This document shows positions 12,148-26,700 of a stretch of 64,000 bases of DNA, piece by piece. The stretch spans positions 1,240,001 to 1,304,000 of the forward strand of contig CP158636.1 in the NCBI GenBank assembly GCA_050273025.1. The letters run 5' to 3'. The translations under genes were made by a program, and so were the position numbers. The notes under the pieces are model-generated. The model worked only from the letters and a program-made list of their open reading frames with translations. It did no database searches and was not told the origin of the DNA. The DNA is from Cenococcum geophilum. Taxonomy: Eukaryota. Every line of letters begins with the position of its first letter. Position 1 is the first letter of the stretch.

Positions 12148-13819
12148 GCACGGAGTTAATATTAGATTTAGGTTTAGGTTCTTTAAGCATCCTTTTTATA
12201 GTAAAATACTAGTCCTTCTAATATCTTTATATAGTAAGCTTAAGCTTCTACCTAGCTTTAGGCGGTATAGCGCTTAGGATTAATTTTAGGGTTTAGTAGA
12301 ATTTTCAGATCCTTAATAAATATTAGTAGAAATCTTACGTTAGTAGAATTTAGTGGAATTCCTAGGTTAGTGAAATTTAGTAGATTCCTTAGGTATAGGG
12401 TAAATATTAATAGAAATCTTAGGCTAACGAATTCTAGTAAATTTCTTAAATTTTAGTTTAGGGTTAAAATAGTGCGTTATAAAATATTCCTACTTATAAT
12501 ACGGAGCAGTAAATAGGAGCTTAAGGTTATTTTAATTAATAACTACTTTATATAGCTTTATCTAGAGTTATTTAAAGATTACTAGGTAACTTAGGGTAGT
12601 AATAAAAAGCTTAATTAGTTCTTTATAGTTTAAGAATTAGAGTTTTAGGGCTACCACATAGGTAATACAGCCTAAGATAGTGCGTTTACTATTAAATCCA
12701 AATACATTAATATGCCAGTTAAGGGGTATTAGGGTAAACCTATTATTTTATATAAAGATCTTATTAATAAATCCTATACCACTAGCTCCTATATTAATTA
12801 AGACTTAAGTATTAGCCTATTAACCTTTCTACCAAAGACGGTAGTTAATGGTTATACTACAATCCTAAGAGTTAGGGTTTATAATATTTAAGGCGTTTAA
12901 TAAGATTCTATAATATAGCTATTCTAAAGAGCGACTTAACTCTAAAATATACCTTTTAGTGGTAAGCGGGAAGGGGTTTCTATAGAATATTAGTTATAGC
13001 TTTATCCTTATAAGTAGTGCTTATTAAATATAGGGCTAGAACTAGGTAAGAATTAAAGATAGTAAGTAGATTAATATAGTAAACGGCTGCTAGTACTGGC
13101 CGTTTATAAATTATATTAGGGTCTAAAAATAGAGTAGTATCTTATGATATAAGCCTTACTTCCGTATTTAAAGTAAAGGCCTAGCTTAATACGTTATTCT
13201 TATTTAGGAGACCCTAGTAGGGTATACTCTAGGGTTTTAAAGTTAATATCTATAGCGTTAGGGTACTTAGGCTAAGAAGATAACTTAATAGAGACTTATA
13301 AGGCTATTATATTATATTAAGGAGCGGGCTTTAATATTAGACGCAGTGTATTATTATACTATTTATTAATAGTATTTATATAGGCGTTAAGGGCTTCTAG
13401 TAAGTCTACGCCTATTAGAGAAGTTTTTAGTTTAGGGCTTAGGGATTTAATAAGGCTATTAATTAATATAGAGTTATTCCAGCCTATTTCCCTTACGTAG
13501 TAGTTAAATTCGGAGAAGTATACTAGAAAACTTTTTTTAAGCTTTATAATTTATCTTCCTTTAAGCAGTAGCTTAGCGGTTTGGATTACTATATATAGCT
13601 TTAAAAAGTCAAACTAGGCTTTATACTAAGTTTAGCTAAAGAGATTTAATAAGGTTATTTACCTCTTCTCTTAGTTAACTTAGGGCGTAATAAAGTTAGT
13701 TAGCTTTAGTTAGGTAGCAGTTAATATTACTAGTTAGCTTATTTCTAAGCCGGCTTAAAAATAACTAAAGCTCTTATTATTTATTAGTAAATACTAGGGG
13801 GTCTAGTAGTTTTTTAAAT

Positions 13820-14070
13820 TGTTCGTACTAACTTAATAGCACGAGTGAGTCGTATCCACGGGCACGAAATACATGTAGTATCGTATGCTTGTTTGGATGG
13901 TGACTGTCGATTATATAAAGCAGACTACGTGGTCTATATACTGATGCACCTCCCCCCTAATTAGTCAGTGCTTCATAAGTGCACCAGACGCGTAAGCGAG
14001 TGGTTGGTGCACTGAACGCGTAAACGCGTACCTGGTGTACCGAACGCGTAAGCACGCGTTTGGTACAACA
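13820..14070. mobile_element. Solo-LTR-like insert (251 bp), weakly RIP-affected
   Basis: tgttcgtac...gtacaaca termini (imperfect inverted ends, TG...CA); more GC-rich than the flanks; internal tandem repeats of tggtg(c/t)ac(c/t)gaacgcgtaa; no matching TSD found. Confidence 0.55.
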
Positions 14071-14869
14071 GGTGCTGTAATTATACATAAATTATTATAG
14101 TGCAGTATTTAGTTTGGGGTAAATAACTACTGCTAGTTTAGGGCTTGTGTTTTATATATAAGCCTCTAAGAATAGCGTTTAGTCTTAGGGTCCTAGTATA
14201 GGTATCTTAAAGATACGGATTTCTTCTTAGAGGGCTTTAATTAATTATTAGTATTAGGCCCTTTATTCTATAAGGGCGTCTATAAAGAGCATTTATAAAC
14301 CTACTATCTGCTTTTTAAGCATAGTAAGTATATTAGCTGCTATTATAGGAGCTTTAGATACGTTCTGCATTTTAATAGTAGTATAGATAGTTAACGCAAT
14401 ATAGTATTACAAAGTAAGTATAAGCGACGATAATATATAATAAGGTAGATATTATTAAGCTATATATATAAACTATATAATAAGGTTAAGACATTATATA
14501 AGGAAAAAAGGTAAGAAAATAGAAAGAAATAGTATATATTATAGACTTAGTTGCTTAGTTAATACATATATAGAGTAGAATAGAATTTAGGTAGTAGTCC
14601 TGGTAGAACTTAGTAGGATTTAGTAAAACTTAGTAAAACTTAGTAGAATATGGTAGAATGCGGCAGATTGCCGTTAAATTACCATCGATTACTGTTAAAT
14701 TGCCGTCTTATAGTCGGTCTTTAGTTACTAAGTTAGTAGAAATAGGTAAATGTATATAAGGTATTATAGGGATGTCCTATAATAACAACGGGGACTAATA
14801 TTGCTATTTTAATTAAAGAGTTATATTATTATTTTCTTATGATTACGTATATTAGGGAATAAATCTTTA

Positions 14870-15065
14870 TATTACGGTGCTGCAATAAAGTAGACTAAAT
14901 AACTACGTTATAGTATAAAGAGGAGAAGAAGGTAAAAGGGGGTATTATATATAAATAGTAGGGCCAGCCGCCAAGGCGCTAGTAGTGGGCTAGCTAATAG
15001 TAGGAAATAGTATAAGATAGTATAAGACAGTATAAAACAGTATGCGTTAGGTTAGTACTATAATA
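14870..15065 (-). repeat. 3' LTR of E5
   Basis: Direct repeat of 29455-29650, more heavily RIP-mutated than its partner. Confidence 0.92.
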
Positions 15066-15850
15066 GTACTCCCCTCCTTAAAAGGTTTAGTCCCTAAACC
15101 GAATAAGTAACTTATTTTTACTATAAAGATATTACTTCCGCTTACCGCTCTTAACTAAGCTAATAGCAATTTTCTATACCGGGCATAGAAAATCCTAATT
15201 AGTTAGTTTAATAAATAAAGTTAGTAGAACTCTATACCGCTACTATATAGCGCTTCTTGGCAAAAAACTAACTAATTAGATAACTTTAACCGGTAGTTAA
15301 AGTTCTATAAGATCTTAACCACTATAAATTATCTTTATAGTCGGCCACGGTTTTAACGTAACTCTTTTTTATTTTATGCCTAGTCTAAAGGTCCTAGCTT
15401 CTTAGGGTATTATTTATAAAACTTTAGTAGTGCGCGCTTATACCCTTTTAGGGATTTCTTAGGTTCCTAGGTTTCCTTATTATAATATTTCTACTTAATA
15501 TAATATATTAAGCCGTGCTCGTCTATTTATTTATTATATATATTAAGGATCTTTTTAAATTCCTACTTGTCCGTAATATTGCCGTTATTATCCCTTTTAG
15601 CTATTCTACCTATAACATTATAACGTTCCTCTTTATTAATATATACTTAACTAGAGATCTCTTTAGAGAACTAAAGGCGGACTTTTAAAGTATAGAAAGA
15701 CTTATTAATACGGATATAGTTTAGGAGGTTAACTATAACTGCTTCTTTATAGGTAGCTAGGATGGGCTAGAGTCCGTCCTAGTTATTATCCCACTTCCTC
15801 TTAGGCTAGTTAGTCTTTATATTTTTAAGGCTAACTATAACTATATTATC

Positions 15851-16271
15851 TATAACGGAACCTTATAGCAGGTACTACAATAGGCTTGTTAATAGGCTAG
15901 GTATATAGGTATAGCAAGTAAGCCAACAACGTAATAACAACTAGTGGAGTGGTTGCCTAATAGATTAACTCTAATTGTATTCTAAGAATCACTACAAGGA
16001 AGGAACTATCTAGGTAGGGACTAAGGGTCCTTAAATACACAACCGTACTTCTATAAAATCCTTCTTATATATAATATATGTCTTATATATAAGGTACATA
16101 AGTTCCTCTCGTTCCTCTCGTTTAATACGTAGCATATTATGTAACCTTAGCCATTATTTCTCGTTATATAGTTCTATCAGCTCTATCCTAGACCGTGCTT
16201 ATATTAACTAACTAGCTTCTTCTAACTCCTCTCTAAGTAGTTATAATATTGTACTTAAAGCGTCTGTAACA
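15851..16271 (-). repeat. 3' LTR of E6
   Basis: Direct repeat of 23365-23785. Confidence 0.95.
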
Positions 16272-16379
16272 CTATCTCCCTCCTCTCTATCTTTGTCCTT
16301 AAAGATTTAAAATATCTTTAGGTTATTTACTAGAGGTATAATATCCGTCTAATTAATTTGGTTAATATTATTACTTATT

Positions 16380-17000
16380 ATACCTAAAGCAATTTCTTCC
16401 TTATGCGCCCAACGTCGTGCTCGTACTATTGCTGTAATATTATCTCTTAGTGAGATTATACCGTCTCCGTATTCTCGCTGTTTAAAAGAGGGGTTAGTTT
16501 ATATTACATTGGTAAACCTATCCTTATAATAACCGTCCTCTTATTTAAAGTACACTAAAGCAAATATTCGTTTATTTTGTAACGTTTGCTTTACTTTTAA
16601 TGCTAAATATACGCAACCTATTACTTTTAATAATCGTCTGGCTCCCTAATTAATTTATCTTAGGGTTTTATATTTAATTTGCTGCTATACGGCTAAATAA
16701 TAAACTGTTTTAAGCCCTTACTAAGTTAGAATATTCTTATAACGCGGAACAGAAGGCCCTAGATACTTATATTATAGCGTTTACTTAATTACTTCGTCTT
16801 AAGAAGGTTTATAAGAAGGTTTGTTTTAAGGAGTAGAAACTTATAGAATAAGGTCTATAGGAACTTAGTAATAAAAGAACGGACTTTCTTCTAACAGAGA
16901 AGGAAATAAATCTAAGTAGCTCGGTAACTACTCTTCTTAGGTCCCCCTTAGGTAACTCGTTCTTTAGTAATCCTTTTTTATTAATACTACCTAACCTAAT
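16380..17000 (+). pseudogene. RIP-mutated antisense gene in E6: Zn(II)2Cys6-like cluster followed by coiled-coil
   Basis: The frame from ata at 16380 reads PKAISS..AQRRARTIAVILSL.EI.PSP-Y-SR-C-LKEGLV-Y-(x13)-Y-x2-Y-(x8)-C-NV; two of the six positions are still TGT (Cys). The 3' end is approximate. Confidence 0.65.
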
Positions 17001-20000
17001 CTCTTCTAATACTCCTATACCTTTTCTATAGCATTTTTTAAATTTTCTAGTAATTTCTAGGTAGTCTTAGTATAGCCTATCTACTTAACCTCGTACTATA
17101 TCTTATTGTTAATGTCCTTATAACTAATAATCTTCGAAACTTACTATTTATCCTCTTCTTGCCCTCTATACATGTCTGCTTTATAGATTAGTGGCTTAAT
17201 ATTCCTATATACTAGCTTTAGCATCGCGATATACTATATAGGGTAAATCTTTATTTTAGCTAGTAGGTTTAACTTAAATATAACCAGTGAAATCCTTTAA
17301 ATAATTTCGAAAGGTCCTAGTCTAACATAGTCTAACTTCTTACTTAGTCGTCGGCTTTTAAAATTTTTGTATAGTAGCCATACTTTATCTCCCTCCTTAA
17401 GATCTAGTCCCTTAGATCTCTTAGCATTATAGTACTTTTTTATTCTTTCTTATACTTTCTTTACTAATTCCATAAGGTCTATATAAAGATTTATTAACAT
17501 CTTTATCCTTTCTTTAGCTATACTACTCGTTTTCTTTACTTACTATAGTAATAATAATGTTCTTGGCTTATATCCATAATTTGCCTTAAATAGTAATATG
17601 CCTATTCCTTCTTAAGGTGTTATATTATATGTAAACTATATAACTAGTAATAGCAATACCTAATTATTCTATGCGTGATTAATATAGTATTTTAGATACT
17701 ATTCTAGTATCTAATTTAATCTTTCTATTTAACCGTCTATCTGCGGATAATATATAGTAGAAGTTATTGCTTTAACTCCTTATTCCGCTAAAAATATCTC
17801 TTAGAATACTACTATAAATCTTAAATCTCTATCCGATATAATCTTATTTAGTACTCCATGCCTTATAAACACTTCTTTAATATAAATTCTAGCGATATCT
17901 TTTACTAATATTTCTTCTATACATACTATAAAGTATCCCTACTTTATAAGCTTATCTACTATCACTAAAATCGCGTTATAATCTTGTCCGGTAATAGGAT
18001 TTCTTAACTTTAGTAACTTAATAATAAAGTCCTATAATATAACCTCCCATAGTCTCTCTAGTATTTTAATAGGTTATAGCCCTCCGTATAGCTTATACCT
18101 TATTAGTTTATTTCTTTAGCAATTTAGATATTCCTTTATAACTTTTTACGCTAAGCCCTAGATTTTGTTAATAATATATTCTTCCTAAAGTCTTAACACT
18201 AAGCCCGTAGCTCCATTATGTCCTTAAGTTATTCCCTTATAAAAATCTTCTATAAAGTATTCTGCTATACTTCTTAGGATATACTTTGCTTTTTAATATT
18301 TATATATATCCGTTTATAGATCTTCTAGTTATACTTCTAGAATTCTTTATACCTAAAAGCTCTTTAATAACTTGTAAACCTTATCCAGTTCCTCTTAAGT
18401 TGCTATAATTCTTAAATAATTATATCTAATTAATCTATTTATATCTTTTCGTAATAAAGCTCCTAATGGCTTTTTATTATTTTGTAATTTAGCTTTTCTA
18501 CTTAGAGCGTCTGCTCGTATATTGTCTGTACCCTTAGTATACTAAATCTTAAAATAGTATTCTGTAAGCATCTCTACCCATCTAACCTATCTTTAGTTAA
18601 GTTCCTTTATTGTTAGGAATCCTATTAGGTTTTTATAGTCCGTTTTAACTATAAATAGTTTCTCTATACCTTATAAGAACGCTTTCTATTCCTTTAGTGC
18701 TATAACTATTCCTAATAACTCCTTATTATAAATATTATAGTTTAACTCTAGTGGTGTTATTTTCCGACTATAGTATACCACTAGGTGCCATCTATTTTAA
18801 TATTTCTATATAAAGTATACCCCTAGTATAAAGTCTAATATATCCGTTTCTATAACCGTCTCTAGTCCTAGTTAATAGATTTTAAAAACTAGCTCCTAAG
18901 TAAATAACCTTTTAACTTCTTTAAATAATTTTTACTATTCCTCTCCCCATACCTATAGTTCTTCTTTCTTTATTAACCGCGTAAATAGTTTAATATCCTT
19001 TAACCACTGCGCTATAAACTTCCTATAGTAATTGCAAAACCCTAGAAATAATCTTAACTATATAATATTCTCCGGTTCTTACTAATTTACTATAGCCTTA
19101 ATTTTTTTTAGATCTATGCTAAGTTGGCCTAGTTTAATAATAAATCTAATAAAATTAGTCTTCCTAGTAAAGAACTCGTATTTCTTAATTGCTACTAGCA
19201 TTTATTCTTTTTATAGTCTCCTTAAGACCTATTTAACGTATTCTCTATATTCTTCCTTAGTTATTAAGTAGATAATATTATTATTAAGATATACTATAAC
19301 GAATTCGTCTAAGTGTTCTCCTAATATATTATTAATATGTTTCTAAAACGTTGCTAGTGCGTTTATAAGCCTAAATTATATAACTAATAGTTTATATAGT
19401 CCTTCCTTTAACCTAAAGGCTGCTTTTTATTTATTGCCTTCCTTAATCCGGATCTAATAGTATGCCCATCTTAGATCTATCTTCGTAAAGATTTGCGCGT
19501 TGCCTATCCTATCTTAGATTTTGCTAATTAAAGGTAAAAGATACCTATCCTTCCTAGTAATGCTGTTTAACTATCTATAGTTAATACATAGCCTTAGTTT
19601 GCTATTCTTCTTTAGTATAAACAGTACTAGATAACCTGCTAATGACTACAATAGTTTAATATATCCTTTTTATAGGTTTTCCTAAATAAACTCTTTTAAT
19701 ACTCTACCTTCTTCTTTGGTAAGCTTATAGGTTAAAAAGAACCTTAGACTTATTCCTAGTTTTAACTCTATTTTATAATCCTATACTATATACTTTAACA
19801 GCTTCTTACTCTCTAGTAACTATAGTTTCTTACTATACTTATGGTATCTCTTTAGTATATAACTTAAGCCTCGCTTAGTCTCCTTATATATTGCTCCGAC
19901 TTAGTACTATACTAACTTAGCCTATTATCATATTTTGCGGCGTTAAGTATCCCTAATATTAACCTGACCTATAATCTAATTAATCTTTAGATTGTATTCC

Positions 20001-23000
20001 TATAACTAAGGCATTCCTAATACTGCCTTATTATTTCCCAATAGTAGTATATCGAAAGACATCTTAATCTATCTTCCTTTAATGGTTAACTAAATCGGTC
20101 CTACTTTAAGATTAATAATGCCTCCTCTGTAGGCTATTAGATCTTCTAAAATTGTTACTAATAGGTAAGGGTGCTCCTTTTTCCTATATAGTAATCCTAT
20201 TTTTTTAACTGCTGCTAGTAAGATGTGGTTCCTTATTACTCCACTATCTATTAATGCTTTAAACTGCTAATCTTGCCACTTAACTCGTAAATTTAGGTGT
20301 TATCCTTAAATTCCTTTAAGGGTCTAAGGCTCTACTACTAGTTTCCTTTAGTTTTATAGGCCTCTACTTTTCCTAACTGTTAGCTGCTTAATCCTACTTA
20401 TACTTAGTCTACTTTTAGCCAATACTTAGTTCGCTTTTTATCTTTAATATACCATAGATATATATTCTTTAGGCATTCCCACTACTATTATCCGTTTAGG
20501 TATTCTTCTATAAGGAATCTTCCTGGTTAAAGTATTAAGTCCCCTTAGCTTTGCACTTCTATTAGGTACTAACTATATATATACTTAGTGTTTTAGTATT
20601 TTACCTTATCTAATAACTAATATATCCTTACTAGGTACTTTCGGTTCTTATCTTTTAGTGCTCTATATATATTATACGCATTATCTATATATATAATCTA
20701 TACCAATGTATAATATACTTAGTGTCTTAGGTTAACTCTTAGCTCGTCTTTATCCTTAAGTTTAAACCTCTCTTATGTCAATCTAAGCGTTACGGCTTCG
20801 TTCGCAGGTGCTATAATTTACCTCTCGCTTCTCTAGTCCTCTAATCGCTCCTTTAGATCTTTTAATATTATAATTAAGGCTCCTTTAATATAACTTATAG
20901 CCTTTTCCGTAATCGGGTAGTCTTAAATAACTTTCTTGTCTAACTATATATAAAAGTCTTCCCACTTATTATTATGTCGTTACCTATACCACTTTTAGTA
21001 CAGCTGCTGGAGTGTATATGGTTTGTCTATAAGGAAGTATTTTCTTATTACTATATTGTAACAGCCCTTCGTGTGCCGTTCTTTAAACCTAGTAGGGATC
21101 CCTAAATCCTCTTTATCTTCCAGTTTAGTAAGCTACTTAGCTCTTAGTGTGCCTACTTTAGGCCTATTAGTAATTCTTTATATAGGTGCTCTGTCCCTTA
21201 TATAACCTAGTATACTAGATCTCTTATTTAGTTTCTAATCTTGCTATAAGGTAATTCTTGCTCTAAATTCCTCTATAGTTTCTTTCTTTTTACGTCTTAT
21301 AAGTAGATCCTTAAAGTTATCTTGCTTCTTAATTCTAGTATTAACTTTTTAATCTTTAGGTCAAACGCTGCGTTCTCCTAGTAAGTCTTCTAGGTCTATA
21401 TATCTGTCTCCTAGCCTAATTACTATTTGCATTACGGATTCTCTAATCTATAAAGAAGCCTCTTGCCTCTTGCTTATAGGTGCCCTTATTTATACTCCGA
21501 ATTTTTAGTCCCCTAGATTTTTTAATCCTAAGCTTACTTTTAACTTAAGCTTAGCTCCTACCTTAGTTTAACTAGGCTTAGGTGTTCTTATCTTATTTTA
21601 AGAGTCTTAAATCTTACTTATCTTATCTTAAGAATCTTATACCTGTGGGAAACTCTATCCTGAGCTCATTTATATGTCTTTGAACTAAGCTATTACTCTA
21701 CTCTATCGGTTTCTATCCGTTATAGGTCCTTAGGTATGGCTTATCTTATCTTAAGAATCTTAGTCGTTTCTTATCTCGTCTTAAGAATCTTAAGCCTCTG
21801 GCCTTTTGCCTTTATTAAGTGCCAAAGTAGTTTACTATTCTACTTCTCTTACGTCTTATAAAGCGATAGATATCGTGTCTAGTGGGGTCTTAATCCCTAC
21901 TAATATTCCCTATTCTGTAGTGGAATTATCCTCTACTTCTTATATAACATCTCTAAGGTCTACTCACTCCTAGTAAGCTGCTTATATTGCCTTATCGTTA
22001 TAAAATATTTCGCCTATATTAAATTTATTGTCCTTAATATCCGATCTGCGAACTAGTTTATTAGTTTCCTTATATTCTGAGGATCTTAGCTCCTATAGCC
22101 AGTAGCTTGCGCTATACTTAGCGTCTTTATAAATTTGGTATACGTTATTATAACAAAACGCGAAACTCCTAATTAAACATTCTTTTATTCCTTATAGTAT
22201 ACTATCGTCCCTCTATATATATATGTCTTCTGCTATTAGTCTAGTTCCCTTTATTATATAGTACTTTTAACTATCTTTATAATCCCTTATAAAATAACTC
22301 TATTTCCCGTAATTTATATAAGCTCTATCTTTAAACTATTAACTTTGCTATAGAGTTCGCCTAAACGTCTTCTGCTACTAAGATCCTTAGTTTAGCCTCT
22401 ACTCCTTAGTTCTGTAATTACTAGATCCTTAACCTCTAGGTTTCTATAGTTTCTTACTCTATCTTTTATAGGCTTCTTTAGTACCACTTAGGTTTATTAG
22501 CTCTGCGCCATACTATAGTTTCTAATTTAGCTTTTATTATTGCGTACTCTGCGCCTTATATAACTATAAAACTCTATCCTAGCCTCTCTTAGCCTGTTCC
22601 CTTTAGTAGATCCAATTGTTAATCTTAATTACTTAATCTATTAACTCCCGTAGGGTGTCTATATCTTCTATTAAGATAATCGCGTCCTAGACTTTAGCCT
22701 TAAGTCCTTATTTATACTGTGCTATAAGCGCCTTATTATTCCACTTAACTTACGTAGCTAATGTCTGGAACTGTGTTATATACTTAATTACTAAGGTTCG
22801 CTACGTAATGTCCTAGAGTTTTCTTTTTACTATAGTTACTGCCTCTGGGTTTCCAAATATTTATATAAGTTGCTCCGTAAACCCTTCCCAGCTTAAGAAC
22901 ATAAATCGCACCTTTTAATTAGTGGTCGTTATTCCATTTACCTATATTTCTATAAGGTAAGGCTTAAACTACTTAAGTGCCCTTCCTAATAGGAATAGTC

Positions 23001-23364
23001 CTATATAGGCTATTCGATCTATAGGTGTTAGTAGCTTTACCCCTTCTTACGTAACTTTAAAGTACATTTACGTAAGAAATCCCTTAAGTTTTAATCTCTC
23101 CCCTAAGTATCTCTTAATTAATAGTAGCTTAATCTTTGCCGCTCCTCTCCCATTAACCCTTTCTTCTAGCGCCGCATTATTGGTCGTCAATTAGTTGACT
23201 ATCTCTTGTAGCTGTCCGACCGTTATAGGTTACTACGAGTTAGTATCTGCTATACTGGTATCGCCTTCTAACCTTAAAGTAGTTGCCGCCGTTAATGGCG
23301 TCGTAGTAGCTGCTTTTAGTAGCATATTATTTGACTTATTATAACCGTAACTAGGTAGTAATTG

Positions 23365-23785
23365 TGTAACGGAACCTTATAGCAGGTACTACGATGGGCT
23401 CGTTAATAGGCTAGGTGTGTAGGTATAGCAAGTAAGTCAATAACGTAATAATAACTAGTAGAGTGGTTGCCTAATAGATTAACTTTAATTGTATTCTAAG
23501 AATTACTATAAGGAAGGAACTATCTAGGTAGGGACTAAGGGTCCTTAAATACACAACCGTACTCCTATAAAATCCTTCTTGTACGTAATATACGTCTTAT
23601 ATATAAGGTACGTAAGTTCCTCTCATTTCTCTCGTTTAATACGTAGCATATTATATGACCTTGGCCATTATTCCTCGTCATATAGTTCTATCGGCTCCAT
23701 TTTAGACCGTGTTTGTATTAACTAACTAGCTTCTTCTAACTCCTCTCCAAGTAGTCGTAACATTGTACTTAAAGCGTCCGTAACA
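23365..23785 (-). repeat. 5' LTR of E6
   Basis: tgtaacgg...ccgtaaca termini; 421 bp; followed by TSD ttatc. Confidence 0.95.
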
Positions 23786-26700
23786 TTATCCTTTTTAAAT
23801 ATTATACCCTCGTCTTATTTTATATTAGTGTTATCTTTATAGCGTTACTAGGAGATATAAGCTAGGGCTTTAAGCTAAATTAGGATGCGCTTAAAGCGGT
23901 TAGCAATAGTATTAGCTTATAGGTACTTCTTCTTTATATATATAGATAGGGCTAATAGCTAGGGGTCTACTGGTTTAATACCTAGACGTAGGTTATAGCT
24001 ATAGTTAGTAAAGAACGGTGAGATTTCCGTAGTCTTATTAACCTAGTTATTTATAGCAAACTTAGTAAGGGGGAGCTAATCTACTTAGTTGTCTTAAGTA
24101 AAGCTTATAAAGGCGCATAGGTACTTATTTATTGCTATGTTAATAATCTTAGTTTAACTATTTATTTTAGGGTACTATGCGGAGCTAGGGCTTAGGGTTA
24201 CCTTTAGGCGCTAGTTTAGGCAACGCTAAAAGTTAGAAATAAATAAAGAGCCTCTATTAGAAATAATAGTATTTAGAGCGCTATATAACTTATAGATAGT
24301 ATAGATAAATACTTTAATAAGCTCCTTAGTATTTAGGCTAGTAACAGGAATAAAGCATCTTATCTTTATTGGGCGGTTAATAATAATAAAGATATATCTA
24401 TATGTTTTGCTATTATAAAGGCACTTAGGTAGGTTAATAACGTAGTTAATAGAGATATCGGTCTATAGGCGGACTAGTAGTTTTAGTAGTTTTAGGAAAC
24501 TAGGTGGTGCTAAGCATAGGGTCTTTATATAGAAGTAAAGAGCGCAGTCTCTTATAAAGGTAACCGTAAACTATAAAATACCTAGCTACTAATACGTTTA
24601 ATTAAGGAGGTCTAGTGTTTTAACGTGGCCTAGATAATCCGCAGGGCCTAAACTATACGTGCGGTATATAACTTCTAGTTAGAGTTTAGGTAAATTAGGG
24701 ATAAATACTTAATTCCTATAGTAGATTAGGCCGTTAATAATTAAATATTTAGATTTATTGTAGCGGAGCAGCTTCCTAATCTACTTAGGCTAACGGCGTA
24801 CTTTATAGTCTTCCCGTTTGCATAGTGCAGCCAATATATTCCTAGCGAGTTTATTCTCTATATAGGCATTCTTAATAAGCTCCTTAAGGGGTTTTTTCTT
24901 AGGCTTTAGGTCCATTACTATAATAAAGTCTTTAATATTCTGGTTTTAGGATTCACTTAGTAGCTCTTCTAGGATAGTAGGGTTAACTTTCTTTAGTGGT
25001 AAGATAACGCGGTCTTGGTGTTATAAATATTTATTATTAGTATTAGTAGGTGCAACGCCTAAGAGGCGGCTAAGAGCGTTTAGGATTATAGCTTTAGTGC
25101 TAGGCCTATAGGTAATAATAAAGTTAAATTAGGAAAGGAACTTAGCCTAGCGGACTTAGCGCTAGTTTAATTGTTTTATTATTATAAAGGTCTAGAGGTT
25201 CTTATAGTCCGTAATAATTTTAAACGGCTATTTAGTTTCTTATAGTTTGGGGCGCCATTTTTTTAGTGCCTTAATAATTGCTAGGAGCTCCTTATTATAT
25301 ATTTTATAGTTATATTTAAAGGCTAAGTGCTTAGCAGAGAAGAATATAACTAGCTTAAGCTTATTACTTTTATTAGCTTAATAGAGCACTCCACCTAAAG
25401 CCTAGTTTAAGGCGTCTACCCCTACCATAGTCCTCTTTATATAGTTATAATACGCTAGGACCGGTGCTGTAGTAAACGCTATTTTTAGGGTCTGGAACGC
25501 CTGTGTTTAGTTAGGGCCCTATAACTAGCTAATACTCTTCTTTAGTAGCCTAATTATGGGCTTAACTACCTTAGAGTAGCCTTAGATAAATTGTTAGTAG
25601 AAGTTCGCGAAGTAAAGAAATTGCTATAGTTTTTTAACTAATGTTAGGTCCTTCTATTCCTATAAGGCCTATACCTTTTTAGGGTCTATAGTTATACCAT
25701 TAGTTAAGATAATTAAGCTAAGGTATTTTATTTTGGTAGTATAAAACTTAGACTTATTAATATTAATCTAGAGTCTAGTATTACTAAGTCTCTAGATAAT
25801 TTTATTTATATATTTTATATACTTAGCGCGTGTTTTTAAGAAGATAAGAACATTATTAAGATACGTAGTATAGTAGTCGTTAAGGGCGTTATATAGAACA
25901 TAGTTAATATAGTTTTAAAATATAGTGGGTGTATTATAGAGACTAAACGGTATAACTAATATTTTATAGAGCTTAAATCGGGTAATAAATGCTATAAGCC
26001 ACTTATAGCCTTTTGTAATCTGGATTTAGTTAAACGCAGTAATTACATTAAGCTTAGTAAAGTACTTAGCACTATAGAGTATTAAGTATCTCGCGGACTA
26101 GTAGTAATGGATACCAATTTTTAATAGTAACTATATTTAGGCCTTAGTAGTTATAGTAGATTTATATACTACCGCCAGGTTTTATAGCAAAGAGGAGTAG
26201 TATAGTAGCTAGTAAGGTTAATTTGCGGATAAAACCCTTATCTAGCATCTTATTGATCCACTTCTTCATATAACTAAGTTTAGTAGGTAAAAGTAGTCTA
26301 TTTTTATAATACGGGGCCTACTTTCTAGGTATAATCTTAATTTTATAGTCCTATGGTTAGTAAGGGGGCAGCTTATCTACGTTTTTAGGGAGGAAGTGTT
26401 TAATATATTCGCGAAACTCTTTTAGTAAGCATTATAAAATGTCTTTATAGGTTAATCCTGGCTTACCTTTTAGAAATTTCTTAATATTAGTATTAACTAA
26501 CTTTCGGCGTAGAGACTTAGACTTTATTTTTAGGTTTATTTTAAGGAAGTTATAAAAACAAGGGGGTAGCGCTTTATGGGCTTTGTCTATTATATAGTCG
26601 CCTTCCACTAGCCAGCGGAAAGACCTTTTTAATAGGTTTAGTACTTCTATTAGGCCTATACGCAGCTCCTTAAGCAGCTATTAATGCTCTTTTTATTTAA

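Larger units (their letters stand above)
2941..14712 (-). mobile_element. RIP-degenerate gypsy element E3, interrupted by E2, E4 and a solo LTR-like insert
   Basis: Minus-strand relics: RT 'GLF(E)YLVTPFGL.NAPS' ~3420-3480, 'FTTAPIL.HFN' ~2945-2985, protease 'LI(D)(T)GASGIGFI(D)' ~12765-12810, probable gag ATG ~14370, putative 5' LTR ~14405-14712. E3's own sequence is 2941-4139, 12148-13819 and 14071-14712. Confidence 0.7.
15851..23785 (-). mobile_element. Full-length RIP-inactivated Ty3/gypsy chromovirus E6 (7935 bp), same family as E4, nested in the integrase region of E5
   Basis: 421-bp LTRs at 15851-16271 and 23365-23785; perfect TSD ttatc (15846-15850/23786-23790); internal sequence collinear with E4 (gag, protease, RT, RNase H, integrase, chromodomain). 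Confidence 0.95.
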
